A DNA stretch of 64,000 nt, taken from sequence record NC_042056.1, one strand, 5' to 3'. Positions within the stretch are counted from its first letter, which is position 1. The number at the start of each line of letters is the position of its first letter. Of this stretch, positions 27,316 through 36,343 are shown piece by piece. A program made the translations under genes and the position numbers. Below the pieces are notes generated by a model that ran no database searches, had not been told where the DNA came from, and saw nothing but the letters and a program-made list of their open reading frames with translations.

Positions 27316-27918
27316 ATGACCAAAATCTATCGCATTGCTGTAATCGGTTCACGGGAAACAGAAGAAGTGACCATGAGCGAAATGTACATGGCGTTGCTGC
27401 GCGGATTCAATATGCTGCACCACAGGGGCTACAAGATTCTCTACAGTAGTGGTGGGTGCTGGAAAGGCCCTGACCAGTTACAGTTCAGGTTTGCTCAACA
27501 GTGGGCGAATACCATTGACCAAGACACCGGTAAGAAGGTCGTCTGGGACGATGAGTTCATCTGTTACTTAGCCGACAACAAGAAGATGGGTTGGCTACCG
27601 GGATTGCACCGTAACGTCGACTTCCGTGTAATCGCACAGGACGAACGCTACCGCGATATCGTACGAAAGTTACACTCTTACCCTGATAAGCTAAAAGAAT
27701 TCGCCTGGGCGCTTCATGGGCGCAATTTGAACATCATTATGGGGGATAATCTCGATACGCCAGTAGATGCCGTCTATTATTCGGCACCGTTGGATAAAGA
27801 CGGTAATCCAACGGGCGGTACCGCGATGGGTGTGAAGTACGCCAAGGAGTGTGGCATCCCTTGTTATAACCACGGTTACGATGCCCGCAAGTGGCTGGAG
27901 ACCGTGCGTTTATTATGA
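27316..27918 (+). CDS. SLOG-superfamily (DprA/YpsA-like) nucleotide-binding protein
   Basis: IAVIGSR, SGG..GPD and GGTAMGVKYAKECGIPCYN match SLOG Rossmannoid motifs; SD GGAGG. Confidence 0.7.
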   Translation: MTKIYRIAVIGSRETEEVTMSEMYMALLRGFNMLHHRGYKILYSSGGCWKGPDQLQFRFAQQWANTIDQDTGKKVVWDDEFICYLADNKKMGWLPGLHRNVDFRVIAQDERYRDIVRKLHSYPDKLKEFAWALHGRNLNIIMGDNLDTPVDAVYYSAPLDKDGNPTGGTAMGVKYAKECGIPCYNHGYDARKWLETVRLL

Positions 27919-27945
27919 CCTGGCCGCATACCTGAGGACACCACT

Positions 27946-28218
27946 ATGAAACCCTATCCATTCTGGAAACGTTTATACTTTGCCTTTTTCCCAGACAAAG
28001 ACCCGAGAACGGTTAAATACATCTTCACGTTCGATCGTGAGGAAGATGAGTTTTGGGCAATGCTGAACGGTGACTATCCGGGATGGACGGCTATCTTTCC
28101 GTTCATGGAACGGAGTGAGCCCCGTGTGATTCACTATCATGACATCCACGGGGACTTAGTGGCTATCTGTGTACGGTGGCCAAACCGCAACTATTACTAC
28201 ACCGTTAAGGTGCGTTAA
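27946..28218 (+). CDS. hypothetical protein
   Basis: 90 aa ORF, SD GAGGA. Confidence 0.7.
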   Translation: MKPYPFWKRLYFAFFPDKDPRTVKYIFTFDREEDEFWAMLNGDYPGWTAIFPFMERSEPRVIHYHDIHGDLVAICVRWPNRNYYYTVKVR

Positions 28219-28234
28219 GACAAGGGGTGTGGCC

Positions 28235-28594
28235 ATGCGTGTAAAAAGAACAAGTGATGGCAAACTGTCATTCTTGTGTCCGGGTTGTGGCGTACGCCAT
28301 ACGGCGTCAGTTTCTTCATCTGGTGGCCCACAGTGGTCGTGGAACGGTGACGTAGACCGTCCCACGTTAACGCCATCTGTGTTGGTGCGCTCCGGGCACT
28401 ATGTTCCCGGTCACGACAAATCTGGCTGTTGGTGTACCTACTACGCTGATCATCCTGATGAAGATCCCGAAGACAGTTTCAAATGTGGTGTCTGCCACTC
28501 GTTTGTGACAGACGGAAATATCCAATTCTTAAACGATTGTACACATGCACTGGCCGGGAAAACTGTTCCTCTGCCTGAGTTGCAGGAGGACTGA
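28235..28594 (+). CDS. Cys/His-rich putative Zn-binding protein (DUF6527-like)
   Basis: FLCPGCG..H, WSWNGD...PTLTPSVLV and CHSFVTDGNIQFLNDCTH. Confidence 0.65.
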   Translation: MRVKRTSDGKLSFLCPGCGVRHTASVSSSGGPQWSWNGDVDRPTLTPSVLVRSGHYVPGHDKSGCWCTYYADHPDEDPEDSFKCGVCHSFVTDGNIQFLNDCTHALAGKTVPLPELQED

Positions 28595-28596
28595 TT

Positions 28597-29763
28597 ATGT
28601 CGTCACCAGATTTAGATTTTATTACGCTGTGTGAGGATTTTGACACAGTGGTTGCCTTGGAGTCCATTGGGGTGGGAATGAATAACCCGATGATGCGCTC
28701 TATTGCCTTGCGATGGAACGTGTTAGATGAAGCCGAGGCGGAGTGGGAAGAAGCGGTTGCCCGTGAGTCCAATGCGATGATGGAACGGGCACAGGCGGTC
28801 GCCGACGGTGCTGCACAAGGTAGCATCGCGAAGAAGGTTGCCAAAGACGCCGGTAAGGCTGCGGTGGGTGTGGGGATGGGTGCTGCCCGTCTGGCCGGTA
28901 AAGGGACTGTTAAGGGCGCGAAAGCCGCAGGTAAAGGCGCTAAACACCTTTCGAGCAAACTGCTGGATAAATTCAAAGAGTGGGCAGAACACTACGGCCC
29001 TATCTTTAAAGAGAAAATCGCGGACATGACGTCGAAATCCACCACGATGGAAAAGCGTCGCCAGAAGCTCGAGTCCAAACTGCACACGGCGGAGATTCAC
29101 CCGCAGGATGTGCGTGTCCTGACGTGGGCGAGTTGTGTCTGTTATGAAGACAAACCCGACCTTGCCAAGTGTATCGAGTTGTCGAATCACAGTGAAGCGA
29201 TGGCTGCCGCGGTGAAAGAGTACACCGTGAAAGTTGACCAAACCAAACTGGTTGTCGACCGCCGTAAGAAGAACGATGACGGTACGCTGGATAAAATTGG
29301 TTATCCGTCAAACGCCGCGATTCACCGTGCTTCAGGTCTTCTCGGACGCTTTACCGAGAACGATGTCAAGGCCCGTCCGTTAGCCGGTAACGTTATCATT
29401 GTTACCCGTGGGTTCGGTGCAAAAGAGAAGGTGGAGTTTGCCGTTGCCCGTGAAGCCAAAATCGGTGGCAAGTTCGAAACGCTGTCTAAGGCCGAGTGTG
29501 AAAAAGCATTAGAAGCCGTTAAGCGTATTGCACAAGCCCTCGAAGACCGCAGTGCTAAGCGTGGCGTCTTCAGCTACACCGGCATCTATGAAAACATGGA
29601 AAAGCTGCGTGAGCACATGAAGGATTTGGACGGGAACGAGCTGCGTGCCGTTACGCTCCAGTTCAAGAACGCCATGGCTGTCGAAGATGCGTTTACAACA
29701 GCGCTCGTTCGTGTGGGTGATGGTCTGCTCAATTGGGTGCAGGCGTCCATTAAGGCGGGTTAA
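28597..29763 (+). CDS. putative internal head/ejection virion protein (phiKZ inner-body-like)
   Basis: 388 aa. N-terminal acidic region with ALE-S and ARE-S sites typical of protease-matured phiKZ-family head proteins; Ala/Lys/Gly-rich segment. Confidence 0.5.
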   Translation: MSSPDLDFITLCEDFDTVVALESIGVGMNNPMMRSIALRWNVLDEAEAEWEEAVARESNAMMERAQAVADGAAQGSIAKKVAKDAGKAAVGVGMGAARLAGKGTVKGAKAAGKGAKHLSSKLLDKFKEWAEHYGPIFKEKIADMTSKSTTMEKRRQKLESKLHTAEIHPQDVRVLTWASCVCYEDKPDLAKCIELSNHSEAMAAAVKEYTVKVDQTKLVVDRRKKNDDGTLDKIGYPSNAAIHRASGLLGRFTENDVKARPLAGNVIIVTRGFGAKEKVEFAVAREAKIGGKFETLSKAECEKALEAVKRIAQALEDRSAKRGVFSYTGIYENMEKLREHMKDLDGNELRAVTLQFKNAMAVEDAFTTALVRVGDGLLNWVQASIKAG

Positions 29764-29765
29764 GC

Positions 29766-30242
29766 ATGAAAGTCGTTTTAGTTTCTAAGTTAACATCCCG
29801 GCTGGGCCAGAAGTTCCACGCCGAGTTAACCGATTTGCACAACAGTCTCTATAACGACCAGCAGGCCCGTCTTAAAGACCTGAATGGCCGAAGTGGCTTT
29901 AATGAAATCGATGATGTCTCCGAAGTCTGGAGCGAAGGACAGCAGGCTGCCGTGGCTGTAGACGACGAAGGTCGTGCGGTGGGGTTCCTGTCCTTCTCCA
30001 TTCAGACCGGTCGGTCGAACATGGGCAGTAAGTGGTTGTGGATTTACAACTTCTATGTCAACAACGACCAACGTGGTAAAGGTGTCGGTCTTCTGCTGAT
30101 GAACGCGGTGCGTGACCACGGGAAAGCCAAAGGTTGTGGTTTCATGCAGCTCTACGTGCTGGACAATAACCAGCAAGCGATTGCGATGTACCAGAAGTTT
30201 GGTTTTCGCACCGAATATCGGGATATGGTGAAGGAGATTTAA
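29766..30242 (+). CDS. GNAT-family N-acetyltransferase
   Basis: FYVNNDQRGKGVGLLLM (motif A) and VLDNNQQAIAMYQKFGF (motif B); intact canonical GNAT. Confidence 0.88.
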   Translation: MKVVLVSKLTSRLGQKFHAELTDLHNSLYNDQQARLKDLNGRSGFNEIDDVSEVWSEGQQAAVAVDDEGRAVGFLSFSIQTGRSNMGSKWLWIYNFYVNNDQRGKGVGLLLMNAVRDHGKAKGCGFMQLYVLDNNQQAIAMYQKFGFRTEYRDMVKEI

Positions 30243-30848
30243 ATGGCAACTGTTCGCAATGTGCCCCATCAGGAGGGTCGTCATTATACGTTTGGTGTGA
30301 AGCGGCATTTCCTCGGTTTCCGTCCGGGATGGAAAGTGGTTCGCGTTGCGGGCAGTTTCTGGCAACTCCCACCTAACGTGTTGAAGCATTACTCGGCAGA
30401 GCAAATACAACATTTCCTCACACTCGCGGACTGGAGACAGAAAGAGTCCTTTAACCGCATCAAGTGTAATGAAATTGGTAAGTCTCGGAATGCAACCGAG
30501 CGGGGTGTTTATTGGACGGGGCAGAACGCATTTCAAACGGGTGGTTTCGTTGGCCCAACAGAAGTGCGGGAAGTCGAAGGGCAACTGGACGGCAGAAAGT
30601 TTATCGGTCTGCACATCCACTGTCCTGATTCCCCTCAGTATGACTACCTGCTTGTTACCGATAAAGATGTGACCTTCTCGACGTTCTACAAGTACCTCTT
30701 GTTTTACAGCGATAAGATCTACTTCTACGCGTTCAATCGTGATACGCCGTGGGATATCGGTTTCCCTTACTTACGCCTACGGAGTAAAGAGGCATGTTCT
30801 ATCGAGAACTTCAACAGTATACCGACGCTTTGCAAAGAAGCGAGCTAA
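30243..30848 (+). CDS. hypothetical protein
   Basis: 201 aa ORF, SD AAGGAG, abutting the previous stop. Confidence 0.7.
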   Translation: MATVRNVPHQEGRHYTFGVKRHFLGFRPGWKVVRVAGSFWQLPPNVLKHYSAEQIQHFLTLADWRQKESFNRIKCNEIGKSRNATERGVYWTGQNAFQTGGFVGPTEVREVEGQLDGRKFIGLHIHCPDSPQYDYLLVTDKDVTFSTFYKYLLFYSDKIYFYAFNRDTPWDIGFPYLRLRSKEACSIENFNSIPTLCKEAS

Positions 30849-31162
30849 AGCACGACAGTAACTTTGATGATGTCACGGATGTCCTTTCTCAATTTAAAGA
30901 CCTCGTGGTAACCGTTAAGACTGACCCAATCGGTGTACAGTCGCGGGGGTTAGACCTTGTGATTGCCAACGAACATGGGCGGTTCCATTTGCGCTTCCGT
31001 TACAGTAAGGATTTTTTACTCACCTTATTGTGTCACGTTGAAACGAATGGCCAGCGACACAAAGTGCGTTGGTGGGACGATTATTCTAAGTTCGAGTACG
31101 CAGAAGCGGAACACCGCCAAACCGTATACGACTTTATGCGAGCCGTAATTAACGGATTTTGA
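30794..31162 (+). CDS. hypothetical protein
   Basis: 122 aa ORF, SD GGAG/GAGG, 55-bp overlap with the upstream gene. Confidence 0.6.
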   Translation: MFYRELQQYTDALQRSELKHDSNFDDVTDVLSQFKDLVVTVKTDPIGVQSRGLDLVIANEHGRFHLRFRYSKDFLLTLLCHVETNGQRHKVRWWDDYSKFEYAEAEHRQTVYDFMRAVINGF

Positions 31163-31172
31163 GAGAGCGAAA

Positions 31173-31772
31173 ATGCCTGAGATGATCTTAGACTCGCTTT
31201 TCCTGATTACCAATGCGTACATTGATAAGAATGGTAAACTGCCGGTGCGTATCTGCGTCCGGCGCAGCGGCGTGAGCCGTCTGTATCACATTACCAAAGT
31301 CTTAGACATTGCGTGTAAAGTAACCGGGATGAAGCGACCGAAAACCCTGAACAACTTCAAACACGTTCAGGGTATTTTACACAAAGCCATGTGTGACATG
31401 CACCGTAAGCGCCGTCACTCGCCGTACCATCCATTAACGCGGGCATCAGGAGGTGACGTGGAGTATCGTGAGAACATCGTTAACCTGCGGCCGGGTTATT
31501 GCAATGTTGCGGGGTTAGGCGCACAACGCCTGCGGAACATCATTCAGGGCAAGAACGCTGAACCGACTCCGCAAGAAGCAGAACACGCAATGTCGATGTT
31601 GCGCGCTGCTGAACTCGTGGTGGTGGATACCGAAGTCGAAGCGTACCGTATGCAGTTCTTCTTGACTGAACGCGGACTAACGGCTTTGGTGGTCTACGGT
31701 GAAACAGCGGACAAGCTGAATCTGCCGAGCACAGATGGCGTCTGGTCGAAACCGACCGTTGAGCATCTGTAA
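31173..31772 (+). CDS. hypothetical protein
   Basis: 199 aa ORF ending at a terminator. Confidence 0.7.
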   Translation: MPEMILDSLFLITNAYIDKNGKLPVRICVRRSGVSRLYHITKVLDIACKVTGMKRPKTLNNFKHVQGILHKAMCDMHRKRRHSPYHPLTRASGGDVEYRENIVNLRPGYCNVAGLGAQRLRNIIQGKNAEPTPQEAEHAMSMLRAAELVVVDTEVEAYRMQFFLTERGLTALVVYGETADKLNLPSTDGVWSKPTVEHL

Positions 31773-31777
31773 TGTTT

Positions 31778-31814
31778 ACCCACCCCTCGGGGTGGGTTTA
31801 CTCTATCTTTTTTT
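31778..31814 (+). terminator. intrinsic terminator
   Basis: ACCCACCC-CTCG-GGGTGGGT plus T-rich tract. Confidence 0.75.
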
Positions 31815-31836
31815 GAATAGATATTATTTAGGTGAG
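31815..31836 (+). promoter_or_regulatory. putative early promoter, copy 4
   Basis: GAATAGATATTATTTAGGTGAG directly after a terminator. Confidence 0.6.
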
Positions 31837-31927
31837 ATAACAATAGTTATCTTTTTTACAACAGATACTCTAAGTATGCCGCGTAGGCCGGTTAAAGCCT
31901 ACCCTAACCTAACCAAAGGAAATAAGT

Positions 31928-32662
31928 ATGAACGCTGCTAAGAAAGTTAAGCTCTATGAATTAGTTTCAGATACTGTCACCGGTATCAAACTGAAAGTCA
32001 TTCACGATACCCAGACTGGCACACTGTATGTTCGTCTGACAAAAGACGCTGTGGATGAGCCGGGTAAGTATTACATTCTTGAATCCGAAATGGGCAGCGC
32101 GTTCGGGTTGAATCCCGAGAGTGTGATTAAGCACGCGTTCGATTTAATTCGTACGTGTGAATCAAAAATCTTTTTCCGTGATATCGTTGGCGACGATGAA
32201 TGTCTGGAACTGTATATTTCCAACCAACACGATAAGCTCGCAGAACGGTTATCGAACTGGGGCTTCATGATGGAGTTCTATCGTAAGTTCAGCCGCGATA
32301 TCATGAAAGATGAATGGACGCACCCGAGTCAACGAGGGTTGTTCAGCGTTAAATATGCGGACGGGCAACGTGTTAAGCTCGACAACGAGTGGTTGTTCGT
32401 AAGCACCCTTCGCCGGTTCAACAGAAAAGCTAAAAACGGCGGATGTGTTCATGTCAGTGCGACGATTCATTATGCCATGTCTGAGCCGAAAGAAAACAGC
32501 AAGCCTATCAATGGTAATATTAACATCAGTCGACTGTACGGACGTAAGGATTTGTTACGTGCTCAAGACATTGTCTTAGAAGAACGTAACGCGCCCATCA
32601 TCCGTGCGTGGTTAGCTTCGCCATGCGACCCGGAAGAAATCCTCCAAGGGTTTTCCGAATAG
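31928..32662 (+). CDS. hypothetical protein
   Basis: 244 aa ORF, SD AAGGA. Confidence 0.7.
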   Translation: MNAAKKVKLYELVSDTVTGIKLKVIHDTQTGTLYVRLTKDAVDEPGKYYILESEMGSAFGLNPESVIKHAFDLIRTCESKIFFRDIVGDDECLELYISNQHDKLAERLSNWGFMMEFYRKFSRDIMKDEWTHPSQRGLFSVKYADGQRVKLDNEWLFVSTLRRFNRKAKNGGCVHVSATIHYAMSEPKENSKPINGNINISRLYGRKDLLRAQDIVLEERNAPIIRAWLASPCDPEEILQGFSE

Positions 32663-32684
32663 GTAACGTAGGCTTCTAATAACT

Positions 32685-32719
32685 CAGGCATCCTTCGGGG
32701 TGCCTGCTTTATATTTTTT
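32685..32719 (+). terminator. intrinsic terminator (cUUCGg)
   Basis: CAGGCATCC-TTCG-GGGTGCCTG plus T tract. Confidence 0.8.
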
Positions 32720-32769
32720 AACCCCGATATGTGCCGGGCAAAGCGCATCACATCCTACTAGGAGACATT

Positions 32770-33519
32770 ATGAAATTGGAACACGCCGTTGGTCACCCGC
32801 TGAAAACGCTTCACACTAACCCGTACATGGAAGAAGTCTGGACACTGAACCATCCTGATGCGGCGCATAGCTTTCACTTCTTCAAAGCGAACGATAGTAA
32901 ATATTCAGCAAAGGGCGTTGTGGTTGAGAAAGGGATTGATATCATCGTCGAAGTATTGCCAAGTATGGCCGACATGAAAAAGCTAATCGGCGCGCGCGGA
33001 TATGGGTGGAAGTTAGAGAGTTTCATACACCCAATTTATTCAAGAATTGGCGAGGTTGCATTCAGGCGTTGTTTGGGTAATGCAGCCTTCCGCGTAGCTT
33101 TGGCGCAGAATGACGGTGAGTTTATCAAGAAATATGACCCGTTAATCCACAGCTTGTTTTTGGCCCATGGGTTGGCGTCGTCCGAGGTACGTCCGGGGAA
33201 GAAGGGTATTTGGCCGTACGAAATCCTAACGTGGAATAGCACCTTCCGTGCGAAGTACCATACTGGAAAAGAGTTGTCAGGTCGCCGCAAACTTACTTAC
33301 CGCCAAAGCAAGCATCCGGAACTGCCATGTACCGCAGAAATGGATATGCGTTTTGATGTCAAGCGTCGATGTAACACAGCGCCTAATTTGACGATTACCC
33401 GACGGTATCTTCTCGAGAGTTGGCCAAACTCCAAAACGTTTGTTGCGTCCCCAGAAAACAAACCGTATTTGGATATCCTTTTGGCAGAGGCGGATAGCAC
33501 CGATACCAGACAGTTGTAA
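32770..33519 (+). CDS. hypothetical protein
   Basis: Track ORF 32731..33519; ATG 32770 follows SD AGGAGA. Confidence 0.7.
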   Translation: MKLEHAVGHPLKTLHTNPYMEEVWTLNHPDAAHSFHFFKANDSKYSAKGVVVEKGIDIIVEVLPSMADMKKLIGARGYGWKLESFIHPIYSRIGEVAFRRCLGNAAFRVALAQNDGEFIKKYDPLIHSLFLAHGLASSEVRPGKKGIWPYEILTWNSTFRAKYHTGKELSGRRKLTYRQSKHPELPCTAEMDMRFDVKRRCNTAPNLTITRRYLLESWPNSKTFVASPENKPYLDILLAEADSTDTRQL

Positions 33520-33523
33520 TTCT

Positions 33524-33553
33524 ATAAGCGACCTTCGGGTCGCTTATTTTTTT
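33524..33553 (+). terminator. intrinsic terminator (cUUCGg)
   Basis: ATAAGCGACC-TTCG-GGTCGCTTAT plus T tract. Confidence 0.88.
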
Positions 33554-33617
33554 GTTCGATTACACCAGTTGTACATTATGTGTACAGAACACTTAAAGCT
33601 TTAATGGGGAAAACGTA

Positions 33618-34259
33618 ATGACAGCCATTACCGCGGCCTTCGATGGTCACGATTATGCTGGGAAGTCTACGATGGTGCAGAAGGTTCGTGCCGTCTTAGA
33701 AGGTCTTGGTCTGCGAGTGAAGGTGGTTAACCACCCGTGTGCGGATACCGAGACAGGGCAGTTTGCTCGCCGCCAGTTAGTGACTGGTGTGGCAGATGCT
33801 CTGGTTGCACGGGCAATGTGTCAGGATTTCGAATACACACTGCAATACGTCGTACCCCAATACGACGTGGTTTTGCTTGACCGTTGGGCACCCGTGACAA
33901 TCGCGAACCAAGGTGACGAGGGCCGTCAGGAAGTCTTCCGCTCTGGTGTGTGTAACCAACCGGGCTCACCCCAGATTTATATCTCGATGGAAGTCGGTTT
34001 CGAAACCGCCAAACTCCGTCGCAGCAAACGTCTGGCTGAGAAAGGGTTGGACTGGGATGATGCGGTCAGTGGTAAGATGTTCGAGTCGGAAGAAGCGTGG
34101 GATGCGTATCGCGATCGCTATCGTTATGCGTTCCAAATTCTGACCGAAGGCGGGGATAAGTTCCAGTGGCTGAAGTTTGACGAACAGTCTGACCAAGTTA
34201 CGGCACCGCTTACCATCGCGACCGCAATCGCAGTGGCGTACGTGAACAAACTAAAATAA
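33618..34259 (+). CDS. tmk: thymidylate (dTMP) kinase
   Basis: P-loop AFDGHDYAGKST, (N)HP motif, VVLLDRW and a basic lid (RRSKR); 213 aa, typical size. Confidence 0.8.
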   Translation: MTAITAAFDGHDYAGKSTMVQKVRAVLEGLGLRVKVVNHPCADTETGQFARRQLVTGVADALVARAMCQDFEYTLQYVVPQYDVVLLDRWAPVTIANQGDEGRQEVFRSGVCNQPGSPQIYISMEVGFETAKLRRSKRLAEKGLDWDDAVSGKMFESEEAWDAYRDRYRYAFQILTEGGDKFQWLKFDEQSDQVTAPLTIATAIAVAYVNKLK

Positions 34260-34266
34260 GAAATGC

Positions 34267-34302
34267 CCCTCTTACCTTCGGGTAAGAGGGTTTTATTTTT
34301 TT
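34267..34302 (+). terminator. intrinsic terminator (cUUCGg)
   Basis: CCCTCTTACC-TTCG-GGTAAGAGGG plus T tract. Confidence 0.88.
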
Positions 34303-34342
34303 TACACCAACCAATAGTCCTATGCTTTATTCCACAAAATCT

Positions 34343-34364
34343 CAGATAGATATCATCTAGGTGG
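34343..34364 (+). promoter_or_regulatory. putative early promoter, copy 5
   Basis: CAGATAGATATCATCTAGGTGG. Confidence 0.62.
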
Positions 34365-34409
34365 ACATTGAAATCAATGTCTTATTGTACCCACAAGGAG
34401 AATCAAACA

Positions 34410-34760
34410 ATGCGTTATATCCACGATGCTACACGTAATGCTAAAAACAAGTTCGTCAACCAGATGAGCTTCATCATTGAAAAGATTGTTGAAGACGGTG
34501 TAAAGCAGCGTGAACTTGCTGACGTTGCGAAAGTCTCACCTGGCGTCATTAGCAACATCAAATTCGGTCGTGTTGACCGTGTTTCATTTGACGTCGTTAA
34601 GCGTGTCGCCGATGCCCTGCGTCTGGAATATACAATCACCGTAACGTCCCGCTTTGGTAAGGCTACCGAAACTGTGACCGTACAAACCGGTTATGAATAT
34701 ATGAGACTCAATGCCGCATGGCAGGGTCACCAGGCTAAGTCCGTCCGTACCGCACACTAA
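34410..34760 (+). CDS. XRE/Cro-CI-type helix-turn-helix DNA-binding protein
   Basis: KQRELADVAKVSPGVISNIKFGR..RVSFDVVKRVADAL is a classic HTH_XRE pattern; SD AAGGAG. Confidence 0.8.
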   Translation: MRYIHDATRNAKNKFVNQMSFIIEKIVEDGVKQRELADVAKVSPGVISNIKFGRVDRVSFDVVKRVADALRLEYTITVTSRFGKATETVTVQTGYEYMRLNAAWQGHQAKSVRTAH

Positions 34761-34771
34761 TCGAGGTTACC

Positions 34772-35236
34772 ATGAAAGCAATTTATGCCGCTGGTAAGAC
34801 CCAGCACATTATCGCCCCACACGACGAATGTTGCCCACACCTCCATCCGTGGCAAATCGCCCCGTACTACACCGCGCAAATCGTCGGCCCTATCCGTACG
34901 GTGTTCTACACCTGTAAGTCGTGCCACGAAGCGTTACAGAACGAAATCGCGCAGAACTTTATCCTCTGCAACGATTGCCGTAAACCGATGGCCCCGGAAG
35001 AAGTGATTTGCTGGTCGCCGTATGACACAAATCCTGCACAGCCGACCATCTATCTGTGCAAAGACTGTGAATGTGGTACGAAACACTTTGACCGTGTGGA
35101 GTACGACCGTGCGAACTTCGTGCAAAGCTACCCGGTGAAACAACGTAACCTCCGCCTGCTCGCGACAAGCGATGTCGGAATGAACATGCGTTATATTCCG
35201 GAGCCGATTCGTCGTCCGTATGACACACACATCTAA
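34772..35236 (+). CDS. Cys-rich Zn-finger protein
   Basis: CCPH, CKSC, CNDC and CKDC pairs. Confidence 0.7.
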   Translation: MKAIYAAGKTQHIIAPHDECCPHLHPWQIAPYYTAQIVGPIRTVFYTCKSCHEALQNEIAQNFILCNDCRKPMAPEEVICWSPYDTNPAQPTIYLCKDCECGTKHFDRVEYDRANFVQSYPVKQRNLRLLATSDVGMNMRYIPEPIRRPYDTHI

Positions 35237-35246
35237 AAGTAAAGTA

Positions 35247-35276
35247 AAGGGGGTCTTTCCCCCTTCTTATTTTTTG
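35247..35276 (+). terminator. intrinsic terminator
   Basis: AAGGGGG-tcttt-CCCCCTT plus T tract. Confidence 0.65.
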
Positions 35277-35334
35277 CCTTTTTACGCAACTTCCCTTTCC
35301 TGTGAATAACAAGAATTTGTTGCGGGGGAAATCG

Positions 35335-36342
35335 ATGCAATCGATAGCGCAATCAACCATCATTAAACCGTCGGTCGAACCGACAGAACAGCAAATCAAT
35401 ATCACCATTGAGCGTCTCACTTGGGGTAGCGAAAAAGCACGCGAGTATTATCATGCCTTTGGGTCACGTACCATTCCGATTAAACAGTTGAACGTTATCC
35501 TCAAAAATCCGCAGTACCAAGTCTTCGGTTTGCGTAACGACAGACATAAGCCACTTGGGTATATCTCGGTCATTACTACCATGGGCGATGAAACACTCAT
35601 CATTCACCATGCAGAAGAGATTATCTCTAAGTCTCTTAACAAAGTGGCGATGATGATGTTGTTGGATCACGTCGGGTGCCGCTATGCAATGACGGTTGAC
35701 GGGTCGTCTGATAACTTCGACTTCCGCAATCGCATGGGCTTTAAGCTGATTGAAAACAACTGGATGGTGAACTGTAAACCGTACGAGAAACTTCCCATCG
35801 ATAAACGGATTGTGGATGTCTCTGGTTTAGAGTCACTCAGCGAACATCAGCTTGAGCAACTTACCGGTTTAGTCCGCTACACCATCTACCGCGAAGGGCA
35901 GACTGATCCGTTTGGTCGGGAAATCTTCCGTGAAGTGTTACCAGAGTCGGTCATTGAACGTGGGCGCACCAGTCAGTATAAAACGCTGGTCTGGATGGAT
36001 GCGGGGGATATTCTCGGCGTCGCACAACTGCAATACGCACAATGGGGTGAGGTTATCCTGAGTGGGGTTGGGGTTGATGGTTCCCATACGGGCAAGCGTA
36101 TCGGGCGCAATCTGGTTGCCGCGGCAATTCAGAAAGCGGGCATGTCTCACGAACACCTGATGGCCACCACCTTTGCAGACAATGGGCCAATGAACCACCT
36201 GTTTGGAAACCTCTTAGGTTGGGATATGTTGCCGGGGTCAATTGGCGTGGAGTTGGTTGAGAACGCGGTGAGCTGGAAGAAGTCGAAGAAGTATCTGGGT
36301 GTGACAGCCGGTCACGGTGCCCCAATGTACAAAGGGGATTGA
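35335..36342 (+). CDS. tandem (two-domain) GNAT-fold acetyltransferase
   Basis: C-domain has VGVDGSHTGKRIGRNLV and N.PMNHLF..LLGW; the N-domain ends FRNRMGFK like GNAT motif B. Confidence 0.7.
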   Translation: MQSIAQSTIIKPSVEPTEQQINITIERLTWGSEKAREYYHAFGSRTIPIKQLNVILKNPQYQVFGLRNDRHKPLGYISVITTMGDETLIIHHAEEIISKSLNKVAMMMLLDHVGCRYAMTVDGSSDNFDFRNRMGFKLIENNWMVNCKPYEKLPIDKRIVDVSGLESLSEHQLEQLTGLVRYTIYREGQTDPFGREIFREVLPESVIERGRTSQYKTLVWMDAGDILGVAQLQYAQWGEVILSGVGVDGSHTGKRIGRNLVAAAIQKAGMSHEHLMATTFADNGPMNHLFGNLLGWDMLPGSIGVELVENAVSWKKSKKYLGVTAGHGAPMYKGD

Positions 36343-36343
36343 G

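Noticed and set aside
34410-34760. Prophage immunity repressor implying a temperate phage
   Set aside because: No peptidase S24 domain, no divergent cro, and no integrase or att site in the window; the context is a lytic-type jumbo phage.
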